IMG/VR virus record: IMGVR_UViG_3300043932_000061
Reading direction: 5' to 3' (one strand)
Length of the DNA: 40,674 nucleotides
Source of the DNA: a virus
Under the pieces are notes generated by a model. It ran no database searches. It was not told the origin of the DNA and was given only the letters and a program-made list of their open reading frames with translations. This document shows positions 15,155 through 26,001 of the stretch, piece after piece (position 1 is the stretch's first letter; each line of letters starts with the position of its first letter). The position numbers and the translations under genes are program-made.

Positions 15155-18100
15155 ATGGCTGATGGAAAGATAACTATTGATATAGACATCCCCGTTGATA
15201 AGGTTAAAACCGATGCACAGTTAATAGATCAGATTTTAAATTCAGTTGGTAGGGATGCAGGCAAAGAGCTAGATAGTAGCTTTGAAGAGTCGACTGATAA
15301 GGTTAAACAAAAGGCTGATGAAACTAGCAAGGACGTTAACGAAAAACTTAGCAAACCAGTTGATATTAAGGCAGATCTTGATACTAAAGACGTTCAGGAA
15401 AAGACCAATCAAACTAAGGAAGAACTTAACTCTGTTCCTAAGGAAACTAAGACTGAACAGAAAGCCGATAACAAGGACGTTGTAGAGAAATCTAAGCAGA
15501 CTAAAGAAGAACTTGATGATGTTCCTAAAGACGTGCACACCAAGTTTGAAGCTTACACGGACTCGGCTAAGTCTAAAACTATTGAGTTGCAGAGTGCTTT
15601 TAAAGCAATACCTCAGAAGACAGAAACCAAAAATGAAGCTGATAACTCTGATGCTAAGAATAAAGCAGAAGAAACTAGACGTAGTTTCAGCTATGTTCCA
15701 AAGCAGACCAAAACCGAACAGACTGCAGATAATAAAGATGCCTTAGAAAAGTCAAAGCAAACTAAAGAAGAAGTCGAGAAAGTGCCTGAAAAGCATAAGA
15801 CTGATTTAGATGCTGACGATAACACCAAGAAGGCCACGGATAGTGCTAGTCGTAATGCTGATAATGCGGGAAAGCATTTTTCTAAGTTGCACGAAATCAT
15901 TAAGGGTACTTTTATTGGTAACTTTGCCGCTAATGCTGCTCAAACTGCTTTAGGGACTATTAAAAATGCAATCGGTGGAGTAATTACAGAAGGTACTCAT
16001 TACAACAGATTGCAACAAGACATGCTTGCACAATGGAATACCTTAACCGGTTCGGCTGGCAAAGGTAAAGAGCTAGTTAAAGAAACTAATGACTTAGCTA
16101 TTGCAGCACAAAACAGCGTGGAGATGGTTAATGATTTAAACCAGAAGTTCTATGCTGTTACTAACTCATCTAGCAAGACTAGAGATTTATCTAAAGCTGT
16201 TCTTACTTTACAAGATGCCTTTGGTCAAAGCGATGACGCTGTAAAGAACTTCGCTATGCAGTGGTCACAAATGATTGGTAATGGTAAAGCTAATGCGCAA
16301 GACATGATGTCTATTCAAAACGTATTCCCTAAGTTCATGGAAGAATTAGTAGAGTACGAGCGTAAGGTTACTCACAATAGTAAGCTAACTACCGCGCAAG
16401 TTCGTGACATGATGTCTAACGGTAAGATATCAGCTGATGCAATGAATACTGTTCTGATAGGGATGGGTAAGAAGTATAAGAATGCTACTGACAACTTTTC
16501 TCAAACTATGGACGGTATGGAACGTACTATTCATGCACGTATTCCTGTTTTAGCTGGTGCTATCGTTAAACCATTTCAAGATCTAAAGAATCCATTACTC
16601 GGCAAGATGAGTAACTGGATTACTTCTATCGGTGCTGAGAAGAGCTTTGAAAACTTTGGTAAGTCAATTGCAAGGATTATGAACGGTGTGATGACTGTAA
16701 TTAATACCTTTGCAATGTCTTTTAGAGCTAATATAGCTGGTGCTTTTCAAGGTTCTCACTTAAGTGATATAGGTAATTCATTTAGAGATATTGGTAAGGC
16801 TGTTACTCCAGCACTTCAAGCTATAGCCGGTTTTGTAGGCGTAATTAGTGCTGATATTTTCAAGGTTTTCACCACTCAAATTAGTGGGATTGTAAATGGA
16901 TTTAAAAATGTTGGCAAGCAAAAATCTTCTTTAAATTTTTCTGGAGTAACAAAAGCATTTCAAAGCTTAAGTCAAGCAATAAATGCCGTTTATTCTTATT
17001 TAATCCCTTTGAATAAACGCATAGGTGAGTTTGTTGGAATATTTGCAAAAGGTGCAATTGCTGGTATTGTTACTGTCTTTCAAGATATTAGCGGTGCTAT
17101 CGGTAAAGTAACATCTAAGATTACGGAATTAATTCCGCCAGTGCAAAATACTGATAAAGCTGTTGACGGCGTAACCAAACACAGAGCTGGAATTGAAAAG
17201 CTAGGTAAGGTTTTTGGTGGATTAATTGCGGTTATTTTAACTGGTAAAGCTACTTTCTCCGTATTAAATGGTATGAAGAGCGGTATTGAAAGCTTAGGTA
17301 AAGCTATATCTGCTATTAAGAATGCACCAGGTATTATTGCAAAAATATCAAAGGCTTTTCCTGCATTAGGCAAGGCTTTTGGAGCTTTAAAAGCAGTCTT
17401 TATGGCTAATCCGTTTATGGCTACAGTCGCAGTTATTGCAGCACTAGGTCTAGCCTTCTATGAAGCTTATAAGCATATCAAACCATTTAGAGAATGGGTT
17501 AATAAGGCAGCTGATACCGTACATAAATCCTTTGATGGCATGGTACGGAATATACAAGCTTTTAATAAATCGTTCGTAAATGGATTAAAAGTAGTAATTG
17601 ATTGGGTCAAAAAGAATTGGCCAACTTTACTTAGAATGCTTGTTGATCCAATAGGCGGTGGCTTAAAGCTTCTATATGACAACAATCCTAAATTCAAAAA
17701 ATGGGTTGATGATTTAGGAAAGAATATTTCTAACGGCTGGTCTTCAATTAAGAAAAACACGTCTAAGTTCTTTACCGACTTACCTAAAAACATCTCTAAA
17801 GGGATGAAAGCAGCTATTGACTGGATCAAGAAGAACTGGTCCGGCTTAACACTTCTGATGGTTGCACCAATTGCCGGCGCAATTAAGTTGCTATATGACA
17901 ACAATCCTAAGTTTAAGAAGTGGGTCGACAATTTGGGCCAGAACCTCAAAAAAGGTTTTGATGGCATGCTTAAAAACAGTCACAACTTTTTTAAAGGTTT
18001 GTGGACTGGTATTGGTAACTGTGGTAAGCAAGTATCTAAGAACTGGGGCAACTTTGTTAAAGGGCTAAGTGAGAATAGATATGTAAAGGCTTTTAAGAAA

Positions 18101-20500
18101 GGTAATCTATTCGGCACTCTCTTTAAAGATGCTCAGTCCAGAATGAAAGACTTTGGCAAGAAGTGGGACAAGGCTTGGAAGAATAATAAAAAAGCACTTG
18201 CTGACTCATTCAGCAATATGCAGAGCAACATAAACAAGTGGGGCACTAATACTCACAAGTGGTACGACAAGTTCAACAAGCAGTTCAAAAAGAAGTGGGA
18301 TAACGGTTGGAAGAACAACAAGCAAGCTCTTATTGATTCTTTTGATCGCATGAAACAAAATACCAGCAATTGGGGTAACAATATCCATAAATGGTATGAC
18401 AATTTCAATAAAAACTTTAGCAAGAACTGGAATCGTGGCTGGTCTGACACTAGAAAGAATCTAAGTACCGCCTGGTCTAAAATGCAGGACAGAACCTCAC
18501 GTTTTGGTTCTGATATGCAGAACTGGTTAAATAACTTTGGTCCTAATTTCAAAGCTGGCTGGAAGAGCTTATCTAAAGGCGTTCAGAATATCTTTGGTGA
18601 TATGTGGACTGCAATGAAAAAGCTAGGCAAGGACGCGATGGGTGGCTTAATTGATATCGTTAATGGTGGTATTAGTGGTATCAACACGGTTATTTATGCT
18701 TTTGGTGGTAAAGGCGACACAATTAAAAAGATCCCTAAGAAGTTCGCTAGTGGTACTGGTGCATTTAGTGGACCTAGACGTGCAATAACTGAACCTACAT
18801 TAGCAATGGTTAATGACGGCTTTGATAGCCCTGAAACAGGCAATAAAGAAGCCTTATTTAGACCATCAACCGGAGAATTTGGCGTTTTCCAAGGTAGAAA
18901 TACTACAACTATGCTTATGCCTGGTGATGAGATACTCAATGCGTCTGAGACCGCTATGATTATGCAAGGCATGGGTATTACTCACTTTGCTAAGGGTACT
19001 GGCTGGCTAGGCAATATAACCAGTTCAGTAGGTAGTTTCTTTGGAAGCATTGGTAGTTGGGTAAAAGATAAAGTTGATGACTTAAAGAAATACTTTGACT
19101 TAGCTAAAAAGATTATTTCAAATCCAACTCAATACGTTGAAAGCATTTTTAACTTCAAAGGCTTCAATAGTGGTCAACGCTCAATGAAGGCACTGGCTAG
19201 CGGCTTATTCGATCAAGCAAATAAGAATGTTCAAAGCTTCTGGAAAACGTTGTGGAACATGGTATCTGGTCAATTCAACGGAGGCGCAGCTAATTCAGAT
19301 TTATTAGCAGCTGCACAAAAATATGGTTCTGGTCACCCTTATGTATGGGGTTCTAAAGGTGCAGATGCTTTTGACTGTTCCGGATTAGTTCAATATGCTG
19401 TTGAACATGCTTTTCATAAATCATTCCCGGCTGGATCAAGTGCACAATATGCTGCAACACAGAGCGTAGATAATCCACAACCAGGTGACTTAGTATTCTT
19501 TGGTGCAGGTGGTGCAAATCACGTTGGTATTTATGCCGGCGGAGATAATTACTATTCTGCTCAAAGTCCAAGCGCAAGCCCTAACATTGGTATGGGTAAG
19601 ATCTCAGCAGTACATGAAGGACCTGTGTCTTATAGACGTATTCCTGGTATTAATGCTTTAGGTAAGTCTGGCGACAACGTAAAAGCTAATAGTGGTCTTG
19701 AAAAATGGATTAAGAAAACTATTGCTCCTGGATTCTGGAAATTTATTGATAAGCTGAATAGCCTATTCAATGTTTCAATTGGTTCAGGTGGCCCAAATTC
19801 AGCACCTACTGGAGATCATAAGCATTGGCTAAAGCAAGCAGGTATTCCTGAGAGCTGGTTTAATGGCTTAAACAGTATTATCCAACAAGAATCCGGCTGG
19901 CGTGTTAATGCAACAAACCCGAGTTCAGGAGCTTACGGTATACCACAGTCATTGCCTGGAAACAAAATGGCTTCTGCAGGTAGTGACTGGAGAACAAACC
20001 CTATAACACAATTGAAATGGATGTATTCTTACATTAAGGGACGATATGGAAGTTTACAGAATGCTTTATCATTTAGAGCTGCTAATGGTTGGTACGGCAA
20101 CGGTGGAGAATTTGATAGTCCAAAAGTTATTGGCGTTGGCGAAGACGGGTCAGAGTTCGTAATAAACCCACAAAAATCAACCGCTGACCATCTGATTGAT
20201 AAGGCTATACTTCAGCGTGCTAAAGCCGCTCCTGAAAGCCCAACAGCGTCACTAGCTAGAATAATGGAACAAGTAAAGTACAGTTCAGTAGCTGGTTATG
20301 GAACATCTGATAGCAGCACTGTAGCAGGCCAAAATATTGTTAAAGTTAATAATCAAGGTCAAGCAATTGATGGCAATACAGTAATTAAATTTATAGTTTC
20401 TGATAAAGAAATGGCGAGAACCATTTATCCAACCATTAAGATGTTACAAGCACACGACATCACTATTAAGCAGCAAGGAGGTGCAGTACCAGTTGTCTAG
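15155..20500 (+). CDS. Tape measure protein with C-terminal NlpC/P60 and lytic transglycosylase domains
   Basis: 1781 aa with hydrophobic/Gly-rich central segments. NlpC/P60 motif DCSGLVQY...HVGIY (about 19331-19640). SLT motif QQESGW...GAYGIPQ (about 19840-20070). Confidence 0.9.
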   Translation: MADGKITIDIDIPVDKVKTDAQLIDQILNSVGRDAGKELDSSFEESTDKVKQKADETSKDVNEKLSKPVDIKADLDTKDVQEKTNQTKEELNSVPKETKTEQKADNKDVVEKSKQTKEELDDVPKDVHTKFEAYTDSAKSKTIELQSAFKAIPQKTETKNEADNSDAKNKAEETRRSFSYVPKQTKTEQTADNKDALEKSKQTKEEVEKVPEKHKTDLDADDNTKKATDSASRNADNAGKHFSKLHEIIKGTFIGNFAANAAQTALGTIKNAIGGVITEGTHYNRLQQDMLAQWNTLTGSAGKGKELVKETNDLAIAAQNSVEMVNDLNQKFYAVTNSSSKTRDLSKAVLTLQDAFGQSDDAVKNFAMQWSQMIGNGKANAQDMMSIQNVFPKFMEELVEYERKVTHNSKLTTAQVRDMMSNGKISADAMNTVLIGMGKKYKNATDNFSQTMDGMERTIHARIPVLAGAIVKPFQDLKNPLLGKMSNWITSIGAEKSFENFGKSIARIMNGVMTVINTFAMSFRANIAGAFQGSHLSDIGNSFRDIGKAVTPALQAIAGFVGVISADIFKVFTTQISGIVNGFKNVGKQKSSLNFSGVTKAFQSLSQAINAVYSYLIPLNKRIGEFVGIFAKGAIAGIVTVFQDISGAIGKVTSKITELIPPVQNTDKAVDGVTKHRAGIEKLGKVFGGLIAVILTGKATFSVLNGMKSGIESLGKAISAIKNAPGIIAKISKAFPALGKAFGALKAVFMANPFMATVAVIAALGLAFYEAYKHIKPFREWVNKAADTVHKSFDGMVRNIQAFNKSFVNGLKVVIDWVKKNWPTLLRMLVDPIGGGLKLLYDNNPKFKKWVDDLGKNISNGWSSIKKNTSKFFTDLPKNISKGMKAAIDWIKKNWSGLTLLMVAPIAGAIKLLYDNNPKFKKWVDNLGQNLKKGFDGMLKNSHNFFKGLWTGIGNCGKQVSKNWGNFVKGLSENRYVKAFKKGNLFGTLFKDAQSRMKDFGKKWDKAWKNNKKALADSFSNMQSNINKWGTNTHKWYDKFNKQFKKKWDNGWKNNKQALIDSFDRMKQNTSNWGNNIHKWYDNFNKNFSKNWNRGWSDTRKNLSTAWSKMQDRTSRFGSDMQNWLNNFGPNFKAGWKSLSKGVQNIFGDMWTAMKKLGKDAMGGLIDIVNGGISGINTVIYAFGGKGDTIKKIPKKFASGTGAFSGPRRAITEPTLAMVNDGFDSPETGNKEALFRPSTGEFGVFQGRNTTTMLMPGDEILNASETAMIMQGMGITHFAKGTGWLGNITSSVGSFFGSIGSWVKDKVDDLKKYFDLAKKIISNPTQYVESIFNFKGFNSGQRSMKALASGLFDQANKNVQSFWKTLWNMVSGQFNGGAANSDLLAAAQKYGSGHPYVWGSKGADAFDCSGLVQYAVEHAFHKSFPAGSSAQYAATQSVDNPQPGDLVFFGAGGANHVGIYAGGDNYYSAQSPSASPNIGMGKISAVHEGPVSYRRIPGINALGKSGDNVKANSGLEKWIKKTIAPGFWKFIDKLNSLFNVSIGSGGPNSAPTGDHKHWLKQAGIPESWFNGLNSIIQQESGWRVNATNPSSGAYGIPQSLPGNKMASAGSDWRTNPITQLKWMYSYIKGRYGSLQNALSFRAANGWYGNGGEFDSPKVIGVGEDGSEFVINPQKSTADHLIDKAILQRAKAAPESPTASLARIMEQVKYSSVAGYGTSDSSTVAGQNIVKVNNQGQAIDGNTVIKFIVSDKEMARTIYPTIKMLQAHDITIKQQGGAVPVV
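15400..15800 (+). repeat. In-frame repeats in the tape measure N-terminus (KQTKEE..VPK..KTEQ.ADNKD units)
   Basis: Units begin near 15407, 15493 and 15754, with a partial unit near 15690. Confidence 0.7.
18130..18560 (+). repeat. Three ~44-aa Trp-rich repeats in the tape measure
   Basis: KKWDKAWKNNKKAL..SF..MQ.N...WG.N.HKWYD.FNK.F repeated three times. A separate duplicated LLYDNNPKFKKWVD unit lies at about 17669 and 17888. Confidence 0.75.
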
Positions 20501-21314
20501 TATTTTCGTTAAAAGATTAGATGGTACAGAGTACGACTTAGACAAATTAGGTTTTAGAGTTATTACTTTTGAGCCACCGGGCGTTAATTACGCCCACACT
20601 TACGTGCAACAAAGCAAAGTTGGCCAAGTTCTAACTGATGTAGTTATTGATAAATTGACTATCCCATTAACCTTAATGATCCAAGCAGAAGATACAATAG
20701 ATCTAGAACTTAAGAGGCTGGATTTAAAGCGCATCTTTAATAGTGATGAACCATTTTATGTTTACACTAACCGTATTCCTTATTTACGCTGGAAGTGCGT
20801 TGTTGATGGAGCTATCTCTTATCCGCAGATAGAAAACTTTTGGCAAGCTACAGCAACCATTAATTTGAGTTGTCCTTTAGGACTTGCCGAAACAGTTGCG
20901 ACTACTGGAGATAGTGCTTTCACTTACGAAAGTGGAAAGTGGGGCTTAGGTCTTAACATTCCGCATGGTCAAGAATTGAAATACATTTTTAATTCAAGCC
21001 CTTGCCGAGTGTACAATGCTTCTAACATTGATCTAAGAGCTGATGAGTTACCTGTAGAAATCACTTTTAACGGTAACGTTAAAGATGGCTTGACGATCAC
21101 TAATAGCACCACAAACCAGGTTTTTAAGCTTAATGGAAGCTACAGCAAACAAGACATGATTGTGATTGATGGTATTGTTCCCACCGTAAATGGCACAGAA
21201 CAATATTCAAAGACTAATCATGCTTATCTCGACTTTGCTAAAGGCTGGAATGAGATCAGCGTAGACGGAGCAACCGACTACACCATTAAATTCAATACGC
21301 GCTTTTACTACTAG
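20481..21314 (+). CDS. Distal tail protein (Dit)
   Basis: Position after the tape measure and size. The start is probably the TTG at 20493, given SD spacing. Confidence 0.7.
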   Translation: MQYQLSSIFVKRLDGTEYDLDKLGFRVITFEPPGVNYAHTYVQQSKVGQVLTDVVIDKLTIPLTLMIQAEDTIDLELKRLDLKRIFNSDEPFYVYTNRIPYLRWKCVVDGAISYPQIENFWQATATINLSCPLGLAETVATTGDSAFTYESGKWGLGLNIPHGQELKYIFNSSPCRVYNASNIDLRADELPVEITFNGNVKDGLTITNSTTNQVFKLNGSYSKQDMIVIDGIVPTVNGTEQYSKTNHAYLDFAKGWNEISVDGATDYTIKFNTRFYY

Positions 21315-21325
21315 GAGATGGTAAC

Positions 21326-22678
21326 TTGATATCAATTAAGAATGCTGCCGGGCAAGTAGCAATCGTTAAAGGACAAGATGTTCAAGTAACGTCAACCTTG
21401 GGTAGCTTAGACACGTTGAGTTTCAATTTCTATAATCTGCATACCAACAAGGTAGATGGCGATGTTCTATCACCTTTTAGTGTGATTAACGTTCCTGAAA
21501 GTGGAGAAGACTATGTACTGCAGACTTACAATACTGATGATATAGGCAACTATATACAGTACTCAGTAAGTGCAATGCAAATAGCCCGAATGTTCCATTA
21601 TCACTATATCAAAGATAAGATTGGTGTAGAGACTACCACAACTAAGAGTGGTGATAGTACAGATACATCAACAATATCTAAACCAATTAAAATCAAAGAT
21701 GCTCTGAACTTTTTATTCAAGGATTCAGGCTTTGAAGTAGTTATTAATTCAGACGTGAATCAAAACTCGGTTAAGACATTTAGTGATGGGCTAGGCGGTG
21801 GATATGCTGACGAACTTTTACAAACTGCAGCAACTAGTTACGGTTTTGAATACTATTGGAAAAACAAGACTTGCTATGTAGCAAAAGAGATTGGTAGTAA
21901 AGATAAGTTTGTGTTTGTCGATAATGTGAACTGCACTAAAATCTCAGTTCAAGAAGACGATACAGCAATAACCACTAGAGCTACTGGCACGATTAACGTA
22001 ACTAAGCAGAATGGAGACAACTCAACTGTAAACACCCTAACGTCAACTTATGTTTCACCGCTGGTTAAAGAAAAAGGCTGGCCGATTATTGATGCCACAC
22101 CTTATATAGAAGATTTTACCGATGATGGAAAATCATTTGTGATGAGTCAGCAGTTACTTGATGATAAGGTTAAAAAGCTGGTTCATGACTACCCTAGTAT
22201 TCAATACACCGTAGATGGTGCGAACTTTAAAAAGTTTGCTCGATACTTACATGATGTGCAAGTTGGCGATTATGGTTACCTAAGGACAAGGCAAGGAATT
22301 GACGTTGAAACTAGAGTCCAATCAATTACTTCTTATCCTCAAGATGATAGCAAAGGTAATACGATTACGTTTGGTAATTTAGCTTTTAACTTAATCGACT
22401 ATCTGACGTATCAGCACAATCAAGAAAACAAGTATCGAGAATGGTATAGCAGTATGAGCCTTAAGATGAATAATCTGGCCGACATAGTGCATAAAGCTAA
22501 TGCAGGCTTGGATAAATTCACAACCACCTGGGGAGAAAGCCAACTAGAAAATACGCAAAGCATTGAAAAGCTACAGCAGAAATTGCAGCAGCTTTTAGAA
22601 AGTCAAAAAGATAAGGATAAAGATACAACTGATAAAGGCAATAATGAAAATGATAATAGCACTAAACAGTCCAATTAG
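21326..22678 (+). CDS. Tail-associated protein (Tal, N-terminal structural domain type)
   Basis: Synteny after Dit; TTG start; coiled-coil acidic C-terminus. Confidence 0.65.
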   Translation: MISIKNAAGQVAIVKGQDVQVTSTLGSLDTLSFNFYNLHTNKVDGDVLSPFSVINVPESGEDYVLQTYNTDDIGNYIQYSVSAMQIARMFHYHYIKDKIGVETTTTKSGDSTDTSTISKPIKIKDALNFLFKDSGFEVVINSDVNQNSVKTFSDGLGGGYADELLQTAATSYGFEYYWKNKTCYVAKEIGSKDKFVFVDNVNCTKISVQEDDTAITTRATGTINVTKQNGDNSTVNTLTSTYVSPLVKEKGWPIIDATPYIEDFTDDGKSFVMSQQLLDDKVKKLVHDYPSIQYTVDGANFKKFARYLHDVQVGDYGYLRTRQGIDVETRVQSITSYPQDDSKGNTITFGNLAFNLIDYLTYQHNQENKYREWYSSMSLKMNNLADIVHKANAGLDKFTTTWGESQLENTQSIEKLQQKLQQLLESQKDKDKDTTDKGNNENDNSTKQSN

Positions 22679-22709
22679 GGCTGTTTTTTCTTGCAAAGGA
22701 AGTGAGTAG

Positions 22710-23039
22710 ATGGCTAATGTATTTGAACAAGAAGGATCACCAACACAAGATTCTTCTTTTAGGGAACATTTGAACAGAAACTGGGAGGCTGGTAACCGAA
22801 AGTTTGCTGAACTTGAGGGGAAAGTACAAAGTACGGAACAGAAGTATGATGATGTTCTTGGCGACCAAGATAGTAATGTCAAAGATAAGAAAGAAAAAGA
22901 AACCAGGATCAAGAAATTAGAAGATCAAGTAGCTAAGTTAAGCTTGGCCGTCTTTGGCGATGGTGCTACAGCGGTTCATACAATTAGTTCTAATGAAGAC
23001 AACCATAGTCAAATAGCTGAGGAGGTGAAACTTGACTAA
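22710..23039 (+). CDS. Hypothetical coiled-coil baseplate-associated protein
   Basis: ORF with an SD and ATGA-type coupling to the next gene. Confidence 0.45.
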   Translation: MANVFEQEGSPTQDSSFREHLNRNWEAGNRKFAELEGKVQSTEQKYDDVLGDQDSNVKDKKEKETRIKKLEDQVAKLSLAVFGDGATAVHTISSNEDNHSQIAEEVKLD

Positions 23040-25555
23040 TGAATAATATTCCAACAATTAACAATAACGGACAACCATATTACTTTCCTGCTGACGTTGC
23101 TAAAGAAGGTGAAGGCTATGTAAGACTTAGCAACTTTTTTAAAGTTCGTGTAAGTGATAATGGCAAGGTTCTTCCTTTTAAATGGTATGACCAAGGACGA
23201 GTGATGAACGTTCACGGATTCATTCCATTTATCCAAGGTGCAGTAGGTAAGCATTACGAAGATCCTGATACTCACGAGATTATCATGGCTCCAGATGCTC
23301 TTTACCGTGAGTGGCAAGGCTCAATGGAAAATGCACATGATGGCGGAGTGATGGACTACATCTTAGAAGATCAGATGTTTCCTCAAGAAGGTATTTTTAA
23401 GGGACACTTTGGCTTAAAAGATGGTAATGGCAACGTCTTAACCAGTGTAAACATCGTGTTCGAAGTGCTAGGAAATGATCTTAGAATTGGTAACACTTAT
23501 AAGTATTACAGTTCACAGCTTGATAGCTTAGAACGTGAATATCAAGTTAAAACAGATCAAATGGTTGCTGATGGTACTCAGAAAGTAAATCAATTAATAG
23601 TTACAACCAAGAACAACATTGATACTTCACTTCAAACTTCAAGAGAAACTTTAGACGCTTTAAATGGAGAAATTAAAGCTAACCGTGCAGAGCAAGCTAA
23701 TATTTCTCAACATTTAGCAGGCACGCAACAACAGATTGCTAACTATGACATTGTAACCAGACCTGAATTTCAAACGGGTATGGATACGATGAATAATGCG
23801 ATAAATGACCGTCTATCTCAGATGAAGACTAATCCGATTGCAGTTGCTAACGCCGGAGAGTTAACTACCAACTATCCTAATGGTGCAGACGGTATCTTCA
23901 TTACTGCTGATACTGGTCACAAGTGGGTATACCTTTATGGAGCATGGAAAGATTGCGGAGAATATCAAGCTATCGGCATTGAGAACTCTGAACTAGCACC
24001 TCTTAAAGAAGACTTGATAAAGCAAGAGGGGCAAATTAACCAAAATACCCACGATATTGGACTTAATTCACTAGGAATTAAGAAGAATAGCGTTGATATT
24101 CAAAACTTAGAGGGTGCTGGTCACCTGATGGATATCTTACTAGTTGATGACTTTGGCAACCATATCACAGATGACTATGGCAATCGCATTGGTGGCTATA
24201 AGTGGCTACCATTGACTGATGTCACTCTTACGCAAGCTGGATTACCAGCCGATGGTCAAGCAGTCGGGAAAGCAATCAAGAATGCTACTAGTTTTAAGCC
24301 TGAAAAGTATGGTATGCCAGTTCTTTACCTGTGGGGGAGCAATATTCTATCTCTAAAGGATAAATCTAAAACTTTGAAGAATGAGGTTACTTATAGTTTC
24401 CCAGCATATGGAGTTTCTGGGACTGTAGAAAAGTTTAAGGTGCAAGGTGCTTCAAGTGCGGCTCTTCCTAAGAAAAATTACACTTTAAATCTTGATAAAA
24501 GTTTTGAAGCTTTTAGAGGATACGGCAAGAATCACAAGTACGTAATCAAGGCTAACTACACTGAACCATCACAAGCGCTCAACGTGGTTGGTGCTAGACT
24601 TTGGGGAAGTATCAGAGCTACGCACAGGACTGCTGATACGGGAATTCTCAACACAAACGGTGACCAATTAGTTGACGATAAAGGTAATCGAATTATCGCT
24701 GAAACTGATCCACAATTATCAATTGGCAGTACTTATGGTGCGGTAGATGGATTTCCAATTGCTGTTTATATCAACGATCAATATTGGGGACTATATACCT
24801 TCAACATTCCTAAAGATGATTGGATGGCTAAGATGCCTAAGGAGTCTGAGAATAAATACGCAATTATTGATACTATTTGGACGCCACAAGGTGCTTTTTT
24901 GAAAGAAACTAACTTGAAAAACGACCAGATGGAATTGCAGTTCTGTAGCACTAAAGATACTACATGGGCTAAGGATTCAGTTAATGAGTTAATCAGAGCA
25001 GTTATGGCAAGCTACGATTCGGCAGATGACTTCAATAAGGCAGTTAGTCCATTACTAGATATTGACAGTGCAATTGACTATTACATCTTTTCAGTTTTAG
25101 TCGATAACGATGATGGCATTTTCAGAAACTATTTACTTCAAACATTCGATGGCAAGAAGTGGTATTTCGCAGCATATGACTTAGATTCAATCTTTGGACG
25201 TACACCGGACTTCTTAGAGCATATGACAGCTAAGTCTGATACTAATGATTGGCGAGATCATGGTGTAACTTTTGAAAATGTTACAAATGATAATCGCTTG
25301 ATGTATCAGCTTTGGAAATTTTATAAAGATGAAATCTTAAAGCGCACCAAAGCTTTAGTTGATGGAGTTATGTCTGATTCAGCAGTAGATACAGCTTTTG
25401 TTGATTTTGTCAGACATATTCCACTCAAAGCATTTGATGCAGAACTTGATGTGTGGCCTTACACGCCTAACACGTCAGTTGATAACGTCAACCGTATTGG
25501 AAGATGGTACATGCAAAGAGTTGCATGGTTGAAGAATAGATATTTTAACAATTAA
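23039..25555 (+). CDS. Baseplate / receptor-binding protein: BppU-like N-terminus, coiled coil, CotH-like C-terminal domain
   Basis: The N-terminus resembles baseplate upper proteins. The C-terminal region carries CotH-like motifs (KKNYTLNL...YVIKANYTEPS, VYINDQYWGLYTF, NYLLQTFDGKKWYFAAYDLDSIFG). Confidence 0.6.
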   Translation: MNNIPTINNNGQPYYFPADVAKEGEGYVRLSNFFKVRVSDNGKVLPFKWYDQGRVMNVHGFIPFIQGAVGKHYEDPDTHEIIMAPDALYREWQGSMENAHDGGVMDYILEDQMFPQEGIFKGHFGLKDGNGNVLTSVNIVFEVLGNDLRIGNTYKYYSSQLDSLEREYQVKTDQMVADGTQKVNQLIVTTKNNIDTSLQTSRETLDALNGEIKANRAEQANISQHLAGTQQQIANYDIVTRPEFQTGMDTMNNAINDRLSQMKTNPIAVANAGELTTNYPNGADGIFITADTGHKWVYLYGAWKDCGEYQAIGIENSELAPLKEDLIKQEGQINQNTHDIGLNSLGIKKNSVDIQNLEGAGHLMDILLVDDFGNHITDDYGNRIGGYKWLPLTDVTLTQAGLPADGQAVGKAIKNATSFKPEKYGMPVLYLWGSNILSLKDKSKTLKNEVTYSFPAYGVSGTVEKFKVQGASSAALPKKNYTLNLDKSFEAFRGYGKNHKYVIKANYTEPSQALNVVGARLWGSIRATHRTADTGILNTNGDQLVDDKGNRIIAETDPQLSIGSTYGAVDGFPIAVYINDQYWGLYTFNIPKDDWMAKMPKESENKYAIIDTIWTPQGAFLKETNLKNDQMELQFCSTKDTTWAKDSVNELIRAVMASYDSADDFNKAVSPLLDIDSAIDYYIFSVLVDNDDGIFRNYLLQTFDGKKWYFAAYDLDSIFGRTPDFLEHMTAKSDTNDWRDHGVTFENVTNDNRLMYQLWKFYKDEILKRTKALVDGVMSDSAVDTAFVDFVRHIPLKAFDAELDVWPYTPNTSVDNVNRIGRWYMQRVAWLKNRYFNN

Positions 25556-25570
25556 TGAGGAGAAATAATA

Positions 25571-26001
25571 TGGCAGATATTAAATTTATGAGCTTAAGTG
25601 AAAACGGTAACCCAGCTACTACAGATAGCGTATTGATTGGAAATTCACAAGATGGATTAAAGCGTACAACTTTAGGTACTATTGGAAACATGTTTGCGGT
25701 ACATGGCGCTTTACATTTTGAAGAAGTTTCAGTTTTAACTTCTACAAAAGCAAGTGAAGTTACTGATCCAAATAAGGCCTTCAGTATAGGCTATGACATT
25801 ACCGCTCCAGCCGTCCCAGGCTATACTTTCAAATGCTGGATTGGTTCTCAATCTAACGGTTTCACCTGTGGAAACTATGTAGCCAACAAGACAAGCAGTG
25901 CAGCTCAAGTTTGGGTTGATGCTGTAATTGGAAGTATTCTTAAAGATTCAAACAATTCAGTTACCGCAACTGCTCTTTATGTTAAAAATGAATTAGCTTA
26001 A
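25571..26001 (+). CDS. Hypothetical tail/baseplate accessory protein
   Basis: SD AGGAG precedes the ATG at 25571 (track ORF starts at 25555). Confidence 0.45.

Noticed and set aside
15269-19577. Many antisense or alternative-frame ORFs inside the tape measure gene (for example 15269-15538, 17467-17967, 18253-18552)
   Set aside because: They lie fully within a long, well-supported CDS, are low-complexity mirror images of its repeats, and have no SD or synteny support.
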